From: Macrostomum lignano
Taxonomy: Eukaryota
Direction of reading: 5' to 3'
DNA length: 48,564 bases
NCBI GenBank assembly: GCA_002269645.1
Contig: NIVC01004361.1
Coordinates: forward strand, 1-48,564
Part shown: positions 1 to 13,000 of the stretch, piece by piece
Layout of the letters: the number at the start of each line of letters is the position of its first letter
Numbering within the stretch: the first letter of the stretch is position 1
Position numbers and translations under genes: made by a program
Notes under the pieces: model-generated
Seen by the model: the letters and a program-made list of their open reading frames with translations, nothing else
What the model was told of the DNA's origin: nothing
Databases searched by the model: none

Positions 1-110
1 TAGACAACTTAACTTTGCATTGCTTCAGTTCACCCAGCTGTAAAATGGGTGCCAGCATTAGCTGGGTAATTGAGGGGGTGTGAGTCGACCGCCCCAGCCC
101 TCGACTGAAC
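1..110 (+). mobile_element. Possible SINE fragment (central-domain-like sequence), truncated by the window edge
   Basis: TTGCATTGCTTCAGTTCACCCAGCTGTAAAATGGGTGCCAGC resembles the CACCCAGCTGT-AAATGGGTACC motif I recall from invertebrate tRNA-derived SINEs. The tRNA-like head is not visible. Confidence 0.3.
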
Positions 111-315
111 AGCCGTACGCAGCCTTCAGATGCGCAGCGCAATAGCTGCGGCTGAGCTGTCGGTTGCACATCTGCCCATTACTGCCCATACTTAGTTCGT
201 ATATACTTTAGCTGAAAATTCTGTAGTTAAGCATTTTTTCCGTTTGAAAATTTTATCTTTAATGACGATTCGGCAGCAAGTCTAACTCAACCCCTGAAGT
301 GTAATGCAACTTCAG

Positions 316-800
316 ATTTTCCGTACATTCGTGCGCACGAAACCATGTTGCGTCTGAAACTGTAGAGCAGTTTTTGCGCCAAGTTTCACCTGCGGCACTT
401 GCATATAACCTCCCCAACGGACAGCAGCAAATCGTTAATGAATTCCGGTGAATGAAAAAAATTGACACATAAAGCAACCGAGCGACGCACTTTTGAACAA
501 AGTGGATAAAAAATTAACATTTCAGCAACCCTGTTGTTTTAGCCACTTTCCCGTAAAAGTACATAGTTTTAGTTTCCTCATTGACGTGTCTAACAAAAAA
601 CTGCTTCAAGTTGATCGCGCGCATTGTTCGATAATCTAGTTATCCATTCGAAGTTTCCATTGGCGTTTAAAGCTTTGTATTTTTTTAATTAATATCATTT
701 GAACGGAAAAATTATATTTTTGGTAGATCTTCCAGGGGAGAACTACTCGTAATAATTCCGAGAATAGTTGCCGACGACCAAGACACAATTAATAAATGAG
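316..800 (+). CDS. Putative last two coding exons of an unknown gene entering from upstream
   Basis: Exon 316-447 (ttcag acceptor, CG|gtgaat donor, phase 2 to phase 2) is open: FSVHSCARNHVASETVEQFLRQVSPAALAYNLPNGQQQIVNEFR. It joins in phase to an exon after cttccag near 736 (GELLVIIPRIVADDQDTINK-stop). No homology recognised. Confidence 0.3.
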
Positions 801-2075
801 CTAAAATTTTGTTGTTTCGTCAATGCTACCTTTATTTTTGTGTTATTACTCGCGCATTATATTATCTCGCTCTTGTTTCGGAATTGTAACCGCATTTGCA
901 TTTTTGTCGATACATTTAAATTTCTATATAATGCCTCCCCGCAATGCCGTGCATACGAATACAAATTTCCTGAAAACAGCATCCGTATTGACTTTTTGTG
1001 AAACAATCGACTAGACTGACTACTACCTCAATCGCGCTTGCGAAAATGCATACCTGTTTTTGTGAACTCAGTTAGCTATATTATATGAATAGTTATGCAG
1101 TGTGCAGTAACGTTGAATTTTGAGGATTAAAAGAAGCCGGGAAAGTCACGATAGATAATTCAACTCTTAGAAATAATTATAGAACGTCTAAACTGTTTTT
1201 TATCATTTTTACTCTTTTTATTCCTAATGAGAATCGTTTATACAATCAATTTTCAAGTATTTTTCGCAGCCGCTTTTGTGTGTGATTGAAACATTTCTTT
1301 TCTTTCTCGTAAAGAAACTGTTTCAGTTGAGAACCAGAGCCTCGGGAAGCGTATCTTTAAGTAATACGACGGCCCTATGCACTCTTGCTAATGTCAAAGG
1401 ATGTAGCAGCAGCAGCATCTTACATGTATAATATTTACTATATTTTCGTTCTTTTGCTCTTTCGCTTTTTGCGCCCCGTATTAAAACAAACCGGCTTTGT
1501 GTTGCCGCTTGCAGCGAACCAGTGCGCAAGCGATTATAAATAAATGCATACAATAATAACCCATTGTCATGTGCATATGCAGCATTAATTTCATAGAATT
1601 TCTCTGTTAATCTGCTCATATATCATTTTTCATAAATGAGATTCGAACACGGAGTTTAGCTTGTTAAAGATTAAGGATCTGTATGATGCATTGTAGTAGC
1701 TACGCCACCATAAATTGTAAAAAAAATGACGACAAAGACTTTGGTAGTTTTTGGTAAAAGTACTTTTGTTTAGAAGCGGTGAATAGAGCACGTCAAGAGT
1801 TTAGTCAGTGCGTTAGTTCCAAGTTTATTGCTGTTTTCACAAATAGAATTGGGATAATAAAAAATGCGACAATACAGCTGCCAAGTATGTGACGTTCGGT
1901 GTACGCAGAAATAAAATTACATAAATTTTACTTGTAGGAGGGTACTTCGGGGATAAATTGACGACAGAATATACGGATTGCAAGCTGGAGAACCGATCGA
2001 CATTCGTTGCGGGACTTCTATTAATGTTATTAATCGTTTTTCGTCCATCTAGTCATCGCCACGATTCGACACGCA

Positions 2076-4693
2076 TCAGCGCCGACGATTTGATTTCAAT
2101 CTTCGACTTCTATCGGTTTCGTACTCCAACTGCAGGTCGGACACAGACATGAGCTCCCTAGTTTGCGGCTGGTCGGCCTGACTCGATTGCGCAATTGGAC
2201 GATTCATTTGAAAAGCGGAATTATTAGACAGGCTAGCGGCCGATTTTCCAGCAGTTGTTGACGAGACCAGACTAGCCGAACTCCGGGAATCGGCGGCGGC
2301 TCTTTCCAGTCTGGAGCGGCACGGGTCCAATGCGGACAGCAAAGCCTCGAGATTTTGCACCACCATTGCTAGAGAGCCGGGTGGCAGGTCGGAAGATGAC
2401 TGGCCTGCGTTCGGATCAGATGAGATTATTTTTGCGTAACACTAATAATTAAGCAGAATGCGTGAACAACTCTGCCCTGAACATATTCAAAGAGAGAATC
2501 TACTCATGGATGATGTAAAAAATAAAAACTAACCAGATCTGTGTTCAGAAGCTCGAGGTCGACGAATATCTTTGCGCAGTTTAGACGTGTTGGAATATTG
2601 CGATTGACGGCGCAACTCGTGGTGACTATCGACACCAATGCTTGGCTTGTTGGAGAAATTGCTGTGACTGTCTTTGTGTACTAGAGATGGATACGGAGGG
2701 AGTGGTGTGCATCTATAAAGTTTGTAAAGCTAAGCGGCACATGGTTAACGGTTATTTCCAGGGCAAGATCGGATATTAATTTCAATGGCGATCGTTCAGT
2801 ACACGAAATTAGGGGTTTTCTTAGGACAAGATTATATTTATTCTTCTTGCTTCTTATCCAAATCATCTGGCTACTTGGGTCATTTCAGGGTCTTTGCAGG
2901 TAAAACAGGAAAGAAGCACCTCTAGACGACTTTAAAACGACGAGATTTCGCGGTGCAAGTCGTCAAAAAGTCGTCAGAGTCGCCCAAGAGTCAATTTGAG
3001 GCGTTTTTGTCTGCGATTTTAGGCGTGCTAGAGTGGCTGTAGAATCACTGGGTGCGTCTAAAGTGCAGCTGCGTCCCTTTATGAATTAGAATCGCATTCG
3101 GCATTTATAACAACTCCATCTAGTCTACTTGAGTTAGTAGAAGGCTAAGCGCTAATACAGCGACACAGTGATGCTCTCATGACTCAACAGTCGCATTACA
3201 GTCGTTGGAGTCGTTAAAAAGTCACAAGAGTCACCCCAGAGTAATGAGCTGTTTGCAATGACTCTCTAGCGATTCTTGTCACGGTAAAGTTTTAAACAGG
3301 TTAGAGTTCAAATAAGACCCGGTTATTACTTTTCATTCTCAATTCCCGTACAGCAATCCGTAATCAACGTCGTTTCCAAGTCTCTACGTCGCTGGCAAAT
3401 TGGTACACTTTACCTACATCGAAAATTACAATTGCACCGACGTTCGGTCGACCTATAATGTTGTTATGCGTCGACATTGTGTAAAAATATTTTAATTTGC
3501 CAGCGACGTCCTTGAACCTACTGTACGTTGTCATCGTCAGAATTTGCACAACATTGCAGATGATATGCAGGACTACACAGTAACAATAGAATTTGCGTTA
3601 ATGTATCAGCTACCTCTCGAGGATTTACCAGTGCGACCAACGCCGAGTTTGCTCCAACTGCATCCGGTAACAGCGTCGCGATTGTTGTTATCCTTATTCA
3701 AATCGGTGGCCTTTGAGACTTGCGCGTTAGATCTCGCTGGCAATTCAACACCTGTGATTTTTGCATTAGCCGGAACGGGAGACTCCGAGATGGAATCGGC
3801 TCTGCTTTCGGTGCCTGGAATTTATCGAAAAAAAGTTTACGACTAAGTCATACTTATAAGAATAGATTTATACTGAGAAGCATGTGTAGCTACTTAAAAT
3901 TTTTTTTTGTGTTTATATCAGAATCCGTTAAACATCTGACAGAAAGACTCCGGAAGACCGCAGAACTGTTGTTAAAGCATGTTGACGGACCCTATAAAAC
4001 GAATCTCTAAATGCAGCACCCTAACAGACTGCTAATAATGCAGTCTTAAGGTCTTTAAATCGTAGATAATCTAGATTACGAATTCTGCTCACTAAGGATC
4101 TTACTGAATCTATAGGCACCAGTTTATATCCTATTGGCAAGTAAATTTACATCAAAAGAGCAGCATAATAGCATAACTAGATATAATACCATAACACTGC
4201 CAAAACAATACTAAGATTAAGACGACAAAAACCAGGAAAGCAAAAGCTACTGACATATGTCGGCCGCATCCAAGATCAGTTGAGGTTTTCTTCGAGAGCT
4301 AGCAGCGCGATTACAATCGGGACTCTCAGACGTTTCCGCGCGATAATCGGGCACAGTTCGAGCGCAATTGTTTCGACCTAGATTTTGACTGTCGCCTTGT
4401 ACTTTTGGTTTGTCAACAGCCCGCAGTACCGGGTGCAGAGTAAGCCGGCCGCACCGGTCATGAGTGGCAAACACGGACAGGTCAAATCCAATCGACAGAG
4501 GCACGCTGCTCAACTTGGTGCTCCAATTATCTGCCGATAAATCTGCTTGATGATGCTGTTTTTTTTCGCTGCTCTGCGTCTGCTGCTGCTGCTGGTGGTG
4601 TTGCTGCGCAGAAGGCGGCTCTTGATTTGAAAACGACGAGCAAGACAGTTCAGCGTCCTGCTTTGCTCTACCGCTTTCAACTAGCGCGGTCAT
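2076..4693 (-). CDS. Putative 4-exon gene for a ~371-aa low-complexity (Ser/Gln-rich) protein of unknown function
   Basis: Exons 4693-4255, 3814-3614 (alternative donor at 3629), 2680-2534 and 2404-2076. All introns are GT-AG and phase 1, and the joined frame is open from ATG to TGA (1116 nt). It includes ORF-track entries 4247..4693 and 2076..2366. Confidence 0.5.
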
Positions 4694-5189
4694 CTTTTAT
4701 TGTTGTCTCTTAGCTAGTTGCCGGTTAAAGTGCACTTGGTTCGCGCTATACTGATAGTTCAACCTCAGGTCGCTCTTGTAGTCTTTTTTACGTAGAGATC
4801 AGAGCTTGATTTTTCTTTTATGCTAAAAATCTAGACTGGAAGAATTGTCTATGGTATAAATCATATGTATTTACATTTTCCCTGATTTTACAAAGAAAAA
4901 TGAGTGAGACGGTCGGTCAAGTGGGCAGAAACAGTATCGATTTAACAGCATGCGAAATATATAACAGTAACAGCAGACTCGTTTACACCGTTCGCCGTCA
5001 AATGCGGTCATTTTTCTGTAATTACACAGCCTGTAAATTTTTTTCGTAAATTTATATAGCTATCAGTTGTACAATTTGATTACCACTTTTAACAATCCTT
5101 AAGACTATAAAATGCACTTTTGATCCTAAAACTAGGTTGTACTGACTCCTGAAACATAGACTCTTATGGTGGCTATGCAATTGTGACCA

Positions 5190-6400
5190 CTCTATGCACC
5201 TGCACAAATGGCTTGGTGTCTTCGCTGACTTTGTAGAAAACAAAGGCTGGGACGGGGTACAATCTGCTTCGAAGCTGTTGCATGATAAAGCCCAGATCTG
5301 CGTTTGGGATCTACCGGGATCTGATAGGAAAAGCTACAAAAAGATAAAAGCGGTGCAACAAAAGCAGTTTGGTGGAGCAAGTAGTCAGCATCGCACCATG
5401 GAAGAGTTCCAAGATCGACGGAGAAACAGCGCAGAAACCTGCAAGAGCTTTCGTATTCCTTAAAGCTGCTGTACATGACAGCCATCAGACCATCAGGCTG
5501 CTTTCGGTGCGACAAGGAAGGCCACATCGCTCGCCGGTGGCCTGCTGGCGGATCTCAGGGCCGAGGTCACTGCTCCAACTGGTCCGGCTAGGGTCACAGC
5601 GCGGCCGTCTCTCCATCAAAGGTTTGGCCGTCGGGAAACTTCTGAAGGTTAGTGGCGAAGAGCCAGCAACAATCCGCAATCAAGTGCCCAATGAGCACTC
5701 TCCATCTTCATGCATGCAGTGGCTGCAAGCGACATCACTCCCGTCGAGGCCATGGGATACGGTCCAGATCAATATCAAAGGTCCGCTGTCAAGGACGCCA
5801 CAAGACAACATTAATGTGCTGAGCAGGTGGCCGACGCTCTGGTCAGGCAGGTAGGGCTTCGGCAGGGCATTCCAGACGCAATCCACAGCGACTAAGGGTG
5901 TCAATTCGAAAGCCAACTGTTCCTGTCTCTGTGCCAGCGGCGCGCGATTTTCTATCTCAGCGGCGGTTGTGGCCGAGGATTAAGACGACCTTTATCAACT
6001 CGCCTTTGTCACGTGGCCCTTCAACAGCTCAGTGCACTCTAGCATGGGTCTGTCGCCGAACCAGACGCTGCACGGATGGCCACAAAGGCTGCCAATCGAC
6101 GCCAAACTGCACAGCACGACTTCACTGATGCGCTGGACTTTGCAGAGGCAACTCAGCCGGGCGCATGTTTATCAGCAGTTGCAGGGGTCACAGGCCGAGC
6201 GCAACGAGCGTAAAACATGGAAACTCGGTTTCGACCGTACAGGAGGGCGACCTGGTGATGCTGAGCTGCAAGGTGGTGAAACCTGACAGATCAAAAAGCC
6301 TCAGTAACGGCTAGACCGGGCCGTCATCATCTTGAAGAAGGTACTCGCACGTGGATTTTAGAGATGGCATCCATTGCAGCAAAGGTTTATTTTGGCGAAA
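5190..6400 (+). mobile_element. Degenerate, internally deleted Ty3/Gypsy LTR retrotransposon (gag + integrase remnants)
   Basis: Gag-like ORF 5194-5463. Two decayed CCHC knuckles near 5500-5615 (CFRCDKEGHIARRWP; CSNWSG*GHSAAVSP). Integrase motifs PSRPWDTVQINIKGPL, GIPDAIHSD*GCQFESQLF and HSSMGLSPNQTLHGWPQRLP in shifting frames. No protease, RT or RNase H seen and no LTR pair found. Confidence 0.8.
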
Positions 6401-6459
6401 GCAAGTTATCACCACTTTTTACGAAAATCTGAATCCATTTGCTGCCATTTAGGTTGTGC

Positions 6460-7870
6460 ATTAATATGCCTGCCAGGCTCGGAGAAATGCAGCAATCGAG
6501 TGCCCTCTCTCAAGTGTCGGCAGAATGTCTCAAAGCTCGCATTCACTGGCGCATACCTAGCATGCACTTGTGGTGGGGTGGTGGGTGACAGGTTGGCTTT
6601 GGTGCACTTGCTGCTTTAGATGCTGCACCCGCTCTGCGTCACGCTAAAGTGCGGTCAGCAGAAGATAGAAATTCGGCACTTTCTCACCACGCTATTTGAA
6701 CTGCGCATGCCAAGCCTAGGTGGCATAACTGCAGGGCTGTCCCGGAGGGGACTGGGATGCCATTTGCGTCTGAACAGTACACAAAGACAACAATGCCACC
6801 TAGGTTAGCGGAATGGGCGCCCGCGCCTTCCCGCTGTGTCCCACACAGGGTACTGTAGTCAGGTTGCATGCACATATTCTGTCAGCTCTAACAAGGCGCT
6901 GATTCGCTCTTGCCATTGCTGCAAGGCCATCCAGCATGCAAGGAAAAGGCGGACAAGGAATTGAAAGCAGCATGCGTACCAATAACTTGAATGCAGGGGT
7001 AGTTGCATACTGCACCTGCAATCCAATGGTCTGGGCTTGCCTAAAAACAGCCCAATAGTAATGACAAAAACTACCACAGACTTGGGCTGCCAGATAAAAT
7101 GGCTTGCCAGGTGGCCTACTCAAAGTTGCAAATAAACTGGACAGGTGCATTACCTATCAACTCCCATACCTGCTGGAATCAGGCCTGGTAGTCAGCCTGA
7201 GCCTTATCTGACATCAGAAAAAATGTCAATGGTACCAGGCACTCTTGGTTATCAAAGCGAATAGCTGTACAACTGAATTAAAGTATAGCAGAATGCATCC
7301 AGAGGACAGGATCTCACACTGTTATAGACATGAAGACAAAGTGCTGTCTATTTGTTTCTGGCATAGTAACATCTTGGAAATGAAACTCTCTAAGGGCACA
7401 TGCTTTGGATCAACCTGAAAAGGATATTAGGTGACTCCATAGGGTGGCTTTTTGCAGTTATAATTAGAATTGTGACTTAACGAATTAACATTAATCACTG
7501 TCTACACTTATTGTCAGAGCTCTCTTGCTTTTTTCTCAGTGATAATGCGAGCAGATTTGAATGGTACTCACTTTGCTTCCACTTTTACCTCAGCTGCCAT
7601 ATATATTTTTTTCAACTGGCTGATTAACTGGATGGCAAGTGTGCTTTTTCAAGGTATCAATGGTTCTATTTAGGCATATGGCAGCTAGGCCCAGGCATTT
7701 TGGTGCAGTTTTGTTGCAATGGTAACAGTATTGCCATTTTGCCGGCTCTTGACATGTATCAGTCAGTCAAGATTATGCCCAATAAATTGCACTAGCAAGT
7801 CTGCCTTTTTGAAGGGATTGATTTGATTTTGAAGATAAAGATCCAAAGGAGGTAGAAGAAGAACTCTGTA
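6460..7870 (-). mobile_element. Decayed Mutator-like (MULE) transposase
   Basis: Minus-strand frames with stops and shifts give AEVKVEAK*VPFKSARII, RQHFVF, LVPLTFFLMSDKAQADYQA*FQQVWELIGNAPV, VCGSFCHYYWAVFRQAQTIGLQVQYATTPAFKLLVRMLLSIP and AWHAQFK*RGEKVPNFYLLLTAL. These are in the order expected for an animal MULE transposase (GCxFH...GL...Y...R.LLALP; GWH...NFYLLI). Confidence 0.7.
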
Positions 7871-7934
7871 TTTTGTAAAAATGCAATTTATGCATTGCTA
7901 TAAAGACTGAATTGCTTTGAATGCATTGAATGCA

Positions 7935-8082
7935 ATTCAAATTCAATTCAAATTCAAAATAGTTGATTCAAAATAAAATTCAAAAGTTGAATTCAAAATT
8001 CAAAATTCAAAAATTAAATTAAATTCAAAATTAAAATTCAAAAGTTTAAAAGTTAAATTCAAAAGTTGATAGTAAATTCAAA
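7935..8082 (+). repeat. Degenerate (AAATTC)n simple repeat, continuing at 8539-8570 beyond the MITE
   Basis: Runs of aattcaa/aaattc on both sides of the 8083-8538 element. Confidence 0.8.
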
Positions 8083-8538
8083 GGCAGTGCTTATTTAGCC
8101 GGCACCGGTCAAATAAGCGCGTCACTATTTAGCCGGCAGTCCTGCCCCATTGCCGGTCAAATTAATAAGCTATAACCCATTCATCCAAGCGATCCTTGCC
8201 CTCTCGTGTGCTACAGACAGTATACATGTACAGTATGGCCAGGGCCCACAACTAGGACGTATTAAACATTCGCTGACACTTATTCAGACACTTCTACAGA
8301 CACTTTAGTTTCTGTCGTACGAATCGTAGGAACAAGCATTAAATTTGTTTATTGCTGGCTAAATAGTGACGAGCTTATTTGACCGGCAGTGGGGCAGGAC
8401 TGCCGGCTAAATAGTGACGGGCTTATTTGACCGGCAGTGGGGCAGGACTGCCGGCTAAATAGTGACGGGCTTATTTGACCGGTGCCGGCTAAATAGTACC
8501 GAACTTATTCGACCGGTGCCGGCTAAATAAGCACTGCC
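8083..8538. mobile_element. Non-autonomous foldback/MULE-type MITE (456 bp)
   Basis: 28-bp perfect TIR GGCAGTGCTTATTTAGCCGGCACCGGTC (35 bp with 1 mismatch). Subterminal ~48-bp units are repeated on the right arm. Flanked by the 9-bp direct repeat AAATTCAAA (8074-8082 and 8539-8547). Confidence 0.85.
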
Positions 8539-10099
8539 AAATTCAAATTCAAATTCAATGCAAATTTGAATGCAATAAAGACTTAATGCATTGCTATCCA
8601 GACTGAAGTCTGGAGCTTTCAAATTTATTCTTTTTTAGTCTTTACCAAAAGAGAGGCAATTGCCTATCTTACTTTTCTTTTAAGGCCTAAAAATATTTTA
8701 TACTTGATAAATATTATATTATAGCCAGCTAGGCTTCTCTATATTTAAACTTTTTAATTAATTATCTATTTTATTATAGTTTAGGCTAAATAACATACTT
8801 GTCATTTTATCTTATATATTAGAATAGTGCAAGTTTTGAAGAAAATTAGTTAAGTAGTTTTTTTATGAAATTGATCATATAAAAAGTCATAAGCAAACCA
8901 TTTTTAGTATATGGATATTAAAATATAAAATAGTTAAAATACTTAATTAAAAAAACTTTATAAGCTTTGGTTTAAATAAAACAATTTGCTAGGCTATTAG
9001 AAAAATGAAAAACAATTAGACCTAGAATTATGACATTAAAATATGACAAACATTGAAAAATGTTGTATAAGATGTTTGTGGCAAAATAATAGGAAACATA
9101 TAATGCCATATTTGTACATATTAAACAGAATCATCTAGGCCAATGTGTACCAACAATAAGTATACATAATTTAAAATTATAGTTGGTTTCAAGATGGCCA
9201 TGCATTAAATACTTAGGCCTCGAGGCCTACTTCTAATCTTAAGCAGTAATTATCATAACTGAAGTCTGGAGCTTTCAAATTATCATTTCGACTAGGTTTT
9301 TAGCTATAGACTAGCTACAAATAGACAATTATTACTGTATCTGGAATCTGGTCATTTGGATACAGGATACTATGTATTTTGTTGCTTTTAAGTTTCAGTA
9401 GACAATAGCCTAAAGCGTAGGTACTATACTCTATAGTAAGCCAAATTCAGGTTAATCAAATGAGTGATAATTTAATTTATTACCTCACTGTGATATACCA
9501 ATACCAATTATAGAGATAGGTTCTGAATCACGTTACGCAGTAACTTAGTGTCACAGCATGCATTCGCGATTCACATCTCATCTCGAAAAGACACGCGAGC
9601 AAAATGTGAAACCAATTTAAGCTGGCGTCAGTCGACTTGAATACAAATTAACAAAATTAGGTTTAAGCTTAAAGTGAACTACAAAGAAAAAAATCCTAAG
9701 TTTTTACAACTATGGTGAAAAGGTTCATGACTTAAGCGTCTAAAACATCTATGCTGTATCTGTTGGAATACTTCTAGGCCCACTAGTGTGCAGCAGGATC
9801 GACATCTATCGGTTTGTTTACGTTCTAAAATATCGCTACGCAGGTTAGGTCCCGTCACAAATCCCTACTCAGTCCTTCCTTCCCTATTCCAAATCCAAAC
9901 ATGATTGGCTACCCAAACCAAACGGAGTAATAAATTAACGTTAAATACGTGGCGCTCACCTTCTACTGGTGCTGCTGCTGGAGCACCCACTACTGTTACG
10001 TAGTATACTACATTTATACATTCTTAGATTACATTATACAGAAATACTAAATTATACATTAAAAGCATTATTACAATAATGCTACAATATATAGTATAC

Positions 10100-13000
10100 T
10101 ACAATACTACAGTCCTTGGCTCCGTGACTCCTCAGACAGCCAAATCTCATCAAGATAATAAATACATAGACCGCGCGTTGGGTGAGGGAAGGCCGGGTTA
10201 GAGAAAGGGGTGGCAGCCAGGTCAAAGCCAATACGGTTGCGTGGGTGAGACGACAGAAATGAACGAGATAATACAACAAAAACAGAAACAAAATACGCGA
10301 CCCCGCATGCAAAGTCGCGGTAACGTGAGAGGGCGCGTCAGATGGCGCGCCGCAGAGCCTGGGAGCGAACGAAGTCCGCGCGCTCCGTTGGCAGTGTCGG
10401 GCGCCCTAGCGTCGCACAGCAGGCAGTCCACGTATCGACGGGTTCGGGCCTGACCCCGCCTGAACGGGCCCTGCAAGGTGAGCAGCAGGACGTCCTGAAC
10501 AGGCTGGGGGCAGTAGCCCTCGGCCCGGATCACGTTGCCCGCCAGTTGTAGTCGCCGCCGGCGCAGGATGGTGGACGGGCGCTGAAGCTTGGCCCGATCG
10601 TACAGGGCCTCGGTCCGAGGCTCTCGTCAGATCGAAAGGCCGCACGGAGCAGCCCTGAGTGCGCCGAGTCCAGCTGCCGTTCTAGCGTAGCCGTCAGCGT
10701 CCGAGTCTCGGCGTTGTACAGCAGGACGTTTTCCACCACCGCCTGCCAAAGTCGAGCCCTCTCGCGGTCGGGCAGCGTTTCGGACTGGACGACGGCCCGG
10801 ATCGAACACAAGGCCGCCCAGGCAAGTCCTCTGCGCCGCCGGAGGTCCTCCTCCATGTGGGGCACCAGACCGCCGAGGTAGGTGAACCGCTGGCAGCGTG
10901 CGAGCCTGGTCGTCTGCCCGTCTCCGCTGGGATGTCGGCCGGCACAGTCAGCACCTCGGTCTTCAGCGTGTTGACAACCAGACCGACGCTCGATGCCAAC
11001 TCGACCAGCCAGTCGATTTGGCGCTGGGCATCTTCAAGGGACGAGGACAAGGGCGAGGTCGTCGGCGTAGCCAAGCACGCCCAGGGGATTTTCGCTGTAG
11101 CGGTGACCGATGCATCTGCGCAGCAGGAAGCCGTCGTCAGCCGAAGGGAGTGTGGTACTAAGCACCCAGTCCAGCAGCAGCACGAAGAGGAACGGCGCCA
11201 GCGTGTCGCCCTGAAGAACTCCTGATGAAGTGTCGAACAGGTCAGTGTCGCAATACAGCGCCATGACAGCGTCAACTAGTTGCTTGGGTACCCAGTAAGC
11301 TCGAAGGACAAAGGGAAGCGCGGCTCTCAACACCGAGTCAAACGCCTTTCGAAAGTCAACGAAGACAATGATCACGTAGACTGGCGGATGCGCGCCTCCT
11401 CGATGACACGGCAGAGTGCAAGGATCTGTGTCACTGTATCGCGTTGCGGCCGGAATCCGTTCTGCTAGTACCGCAGGTACGGGTCCAGCACCGACTGCAG
11501 ACGATCGAGCAGCAGTCGGTTGAAGAGCTTCGCGGTGCAGGATATCAGCGAAATCCCGCGGTGGTCTTCTTTCCACGTTGTCCCTGCCTTCTTCGGGATC
11601 GGCACGTTGTGCGCGACGGTCTACTCGGTGAGCGCGGGGGCGCTGGCGAGACGCAGTTCATGACGCATGTGACCTGGGAGGCCACACAGCAGAGCCGAGC
11701 GCCTCGACCGGGACTTCGTCGGGACCGAGCGCCTTGCCGCCTGATGTTTTCCGAGCGAACAGCACAACGTTCTTCGTGGTGACTGGTCTGGTGCAGAAGT
11801 TCTCCTCAGGCTAAGAGCGGCGTGTTCAGTGGGAGCACAAAGCTGGCGGGCAGCGGCGACGCAGGTTCCCTCACGATGCCGGCAAAGAAGTCGCGCAATT
11901 TATTTCTGCGCCCCTCCGGGGTGTCACCGGCTTTTTGCGCCCCATCAGAGTCCGGACGGGCGTCCACACTGCGCTCTTCATGCCTGTGCCGGCTGCAGTG
12001 ATGGACATAACGGCGTCGTCGACAGCGGCCTGCTGCCGCTCGTCTAGAAGCCGCTCAAACGCGTCTTCAGCGTCGCCCGTGGGCCGCCGGTTCCTGCGGA
12101 GTCGCTCGATGTTGAGTCGCGCTTGCCTGATGGTCGGGTCGCTCTGCCAGACAGGCAGCGATTTTTTGCGCTGGCCGCAAAAGCAGCGGGACCGTCTGCT
12201 CCGCAGCGGCTCTAACGGCGGTGCTGATGTCGGAATACTCCGCCTCGCGCTGGTCTCCAAGCGCGCCGACGAAGGCGCCCGCGAATTGACGCTTCACGTG
12301 GGTGTCCAATAGAGCGCGATAGTAGCGCCGTGGCCGCTGCTTTGGCGGTCGGTAGAGCTGGTCGCGGAGCCGCAAGTCGCAGATCAGGAGTCGATGGTCT
12401 GACCGGAGAGCCATCGGAGCCATGGTATCGCAGTCGGTAACGCGGCGGCGTTCGCGAGTGCGAACCAGCGCATGATCGAGTTGCGCTAGTCTCCTCGTGG
12501 CGTTCCGGGCGCGTGCGTTCCGCCGCCTTCTCTTGCAGCCCGCAAAGGTGACCAGGCGGGCAGGGGGCTTGCAGAACTGGTGTTTGCGGACAACAGGTAC
12601 AGCCGGTCAAGCAGGTCCTCCAGTGCGTCGGTGTTGGCGTTCTCGCGTCCCGGACAAAGGGCGAGCGCTCGGACCACCTCCGTGGGACTGGGTTTAGGTC
12701 TCCGAGCACTGCCAGCGTGTCGCGGTTTGGCACCTCTTCCAGCTGCCGAGTCAGGAAGTCGAAGAAGGCACGAGCCTCCTCGGGGTGAGCAGCAGTGGGT
12801 GCATAGGCGCAGAACAGCCGGATGCAGTGGGCGCGCAGTCGCAGGTCGACCCGAATCAGTCGCGGGGGCAGCGAGATGCAGTGCACGCTCTGCTGGAGGC
12901 GCGGTCCGATCATCACGCCGACCCCGCCCCGGCCGCGGTTGTCTGTCGACGTGTACAGGAGGCTCCAGCCGGCTCCGAGGTCCTCAGAGTGGAGCCCCGG

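Noticed and set aside
2920-3290. Region with repeated GTCGT-AAAAAGTC-AGAGTC motifs as a MITE
   Set aside because: Internal motif repetition is visible, but I could not find TIRs or a TSD.
4700-6640. LTR pair around the Gypsy remnant
   Set aside because: Only a 9-bp match (GTGCACTTG) was found, with no TG...CA repeats or convincing PBS. The right side is occupied by the MULE remnant.
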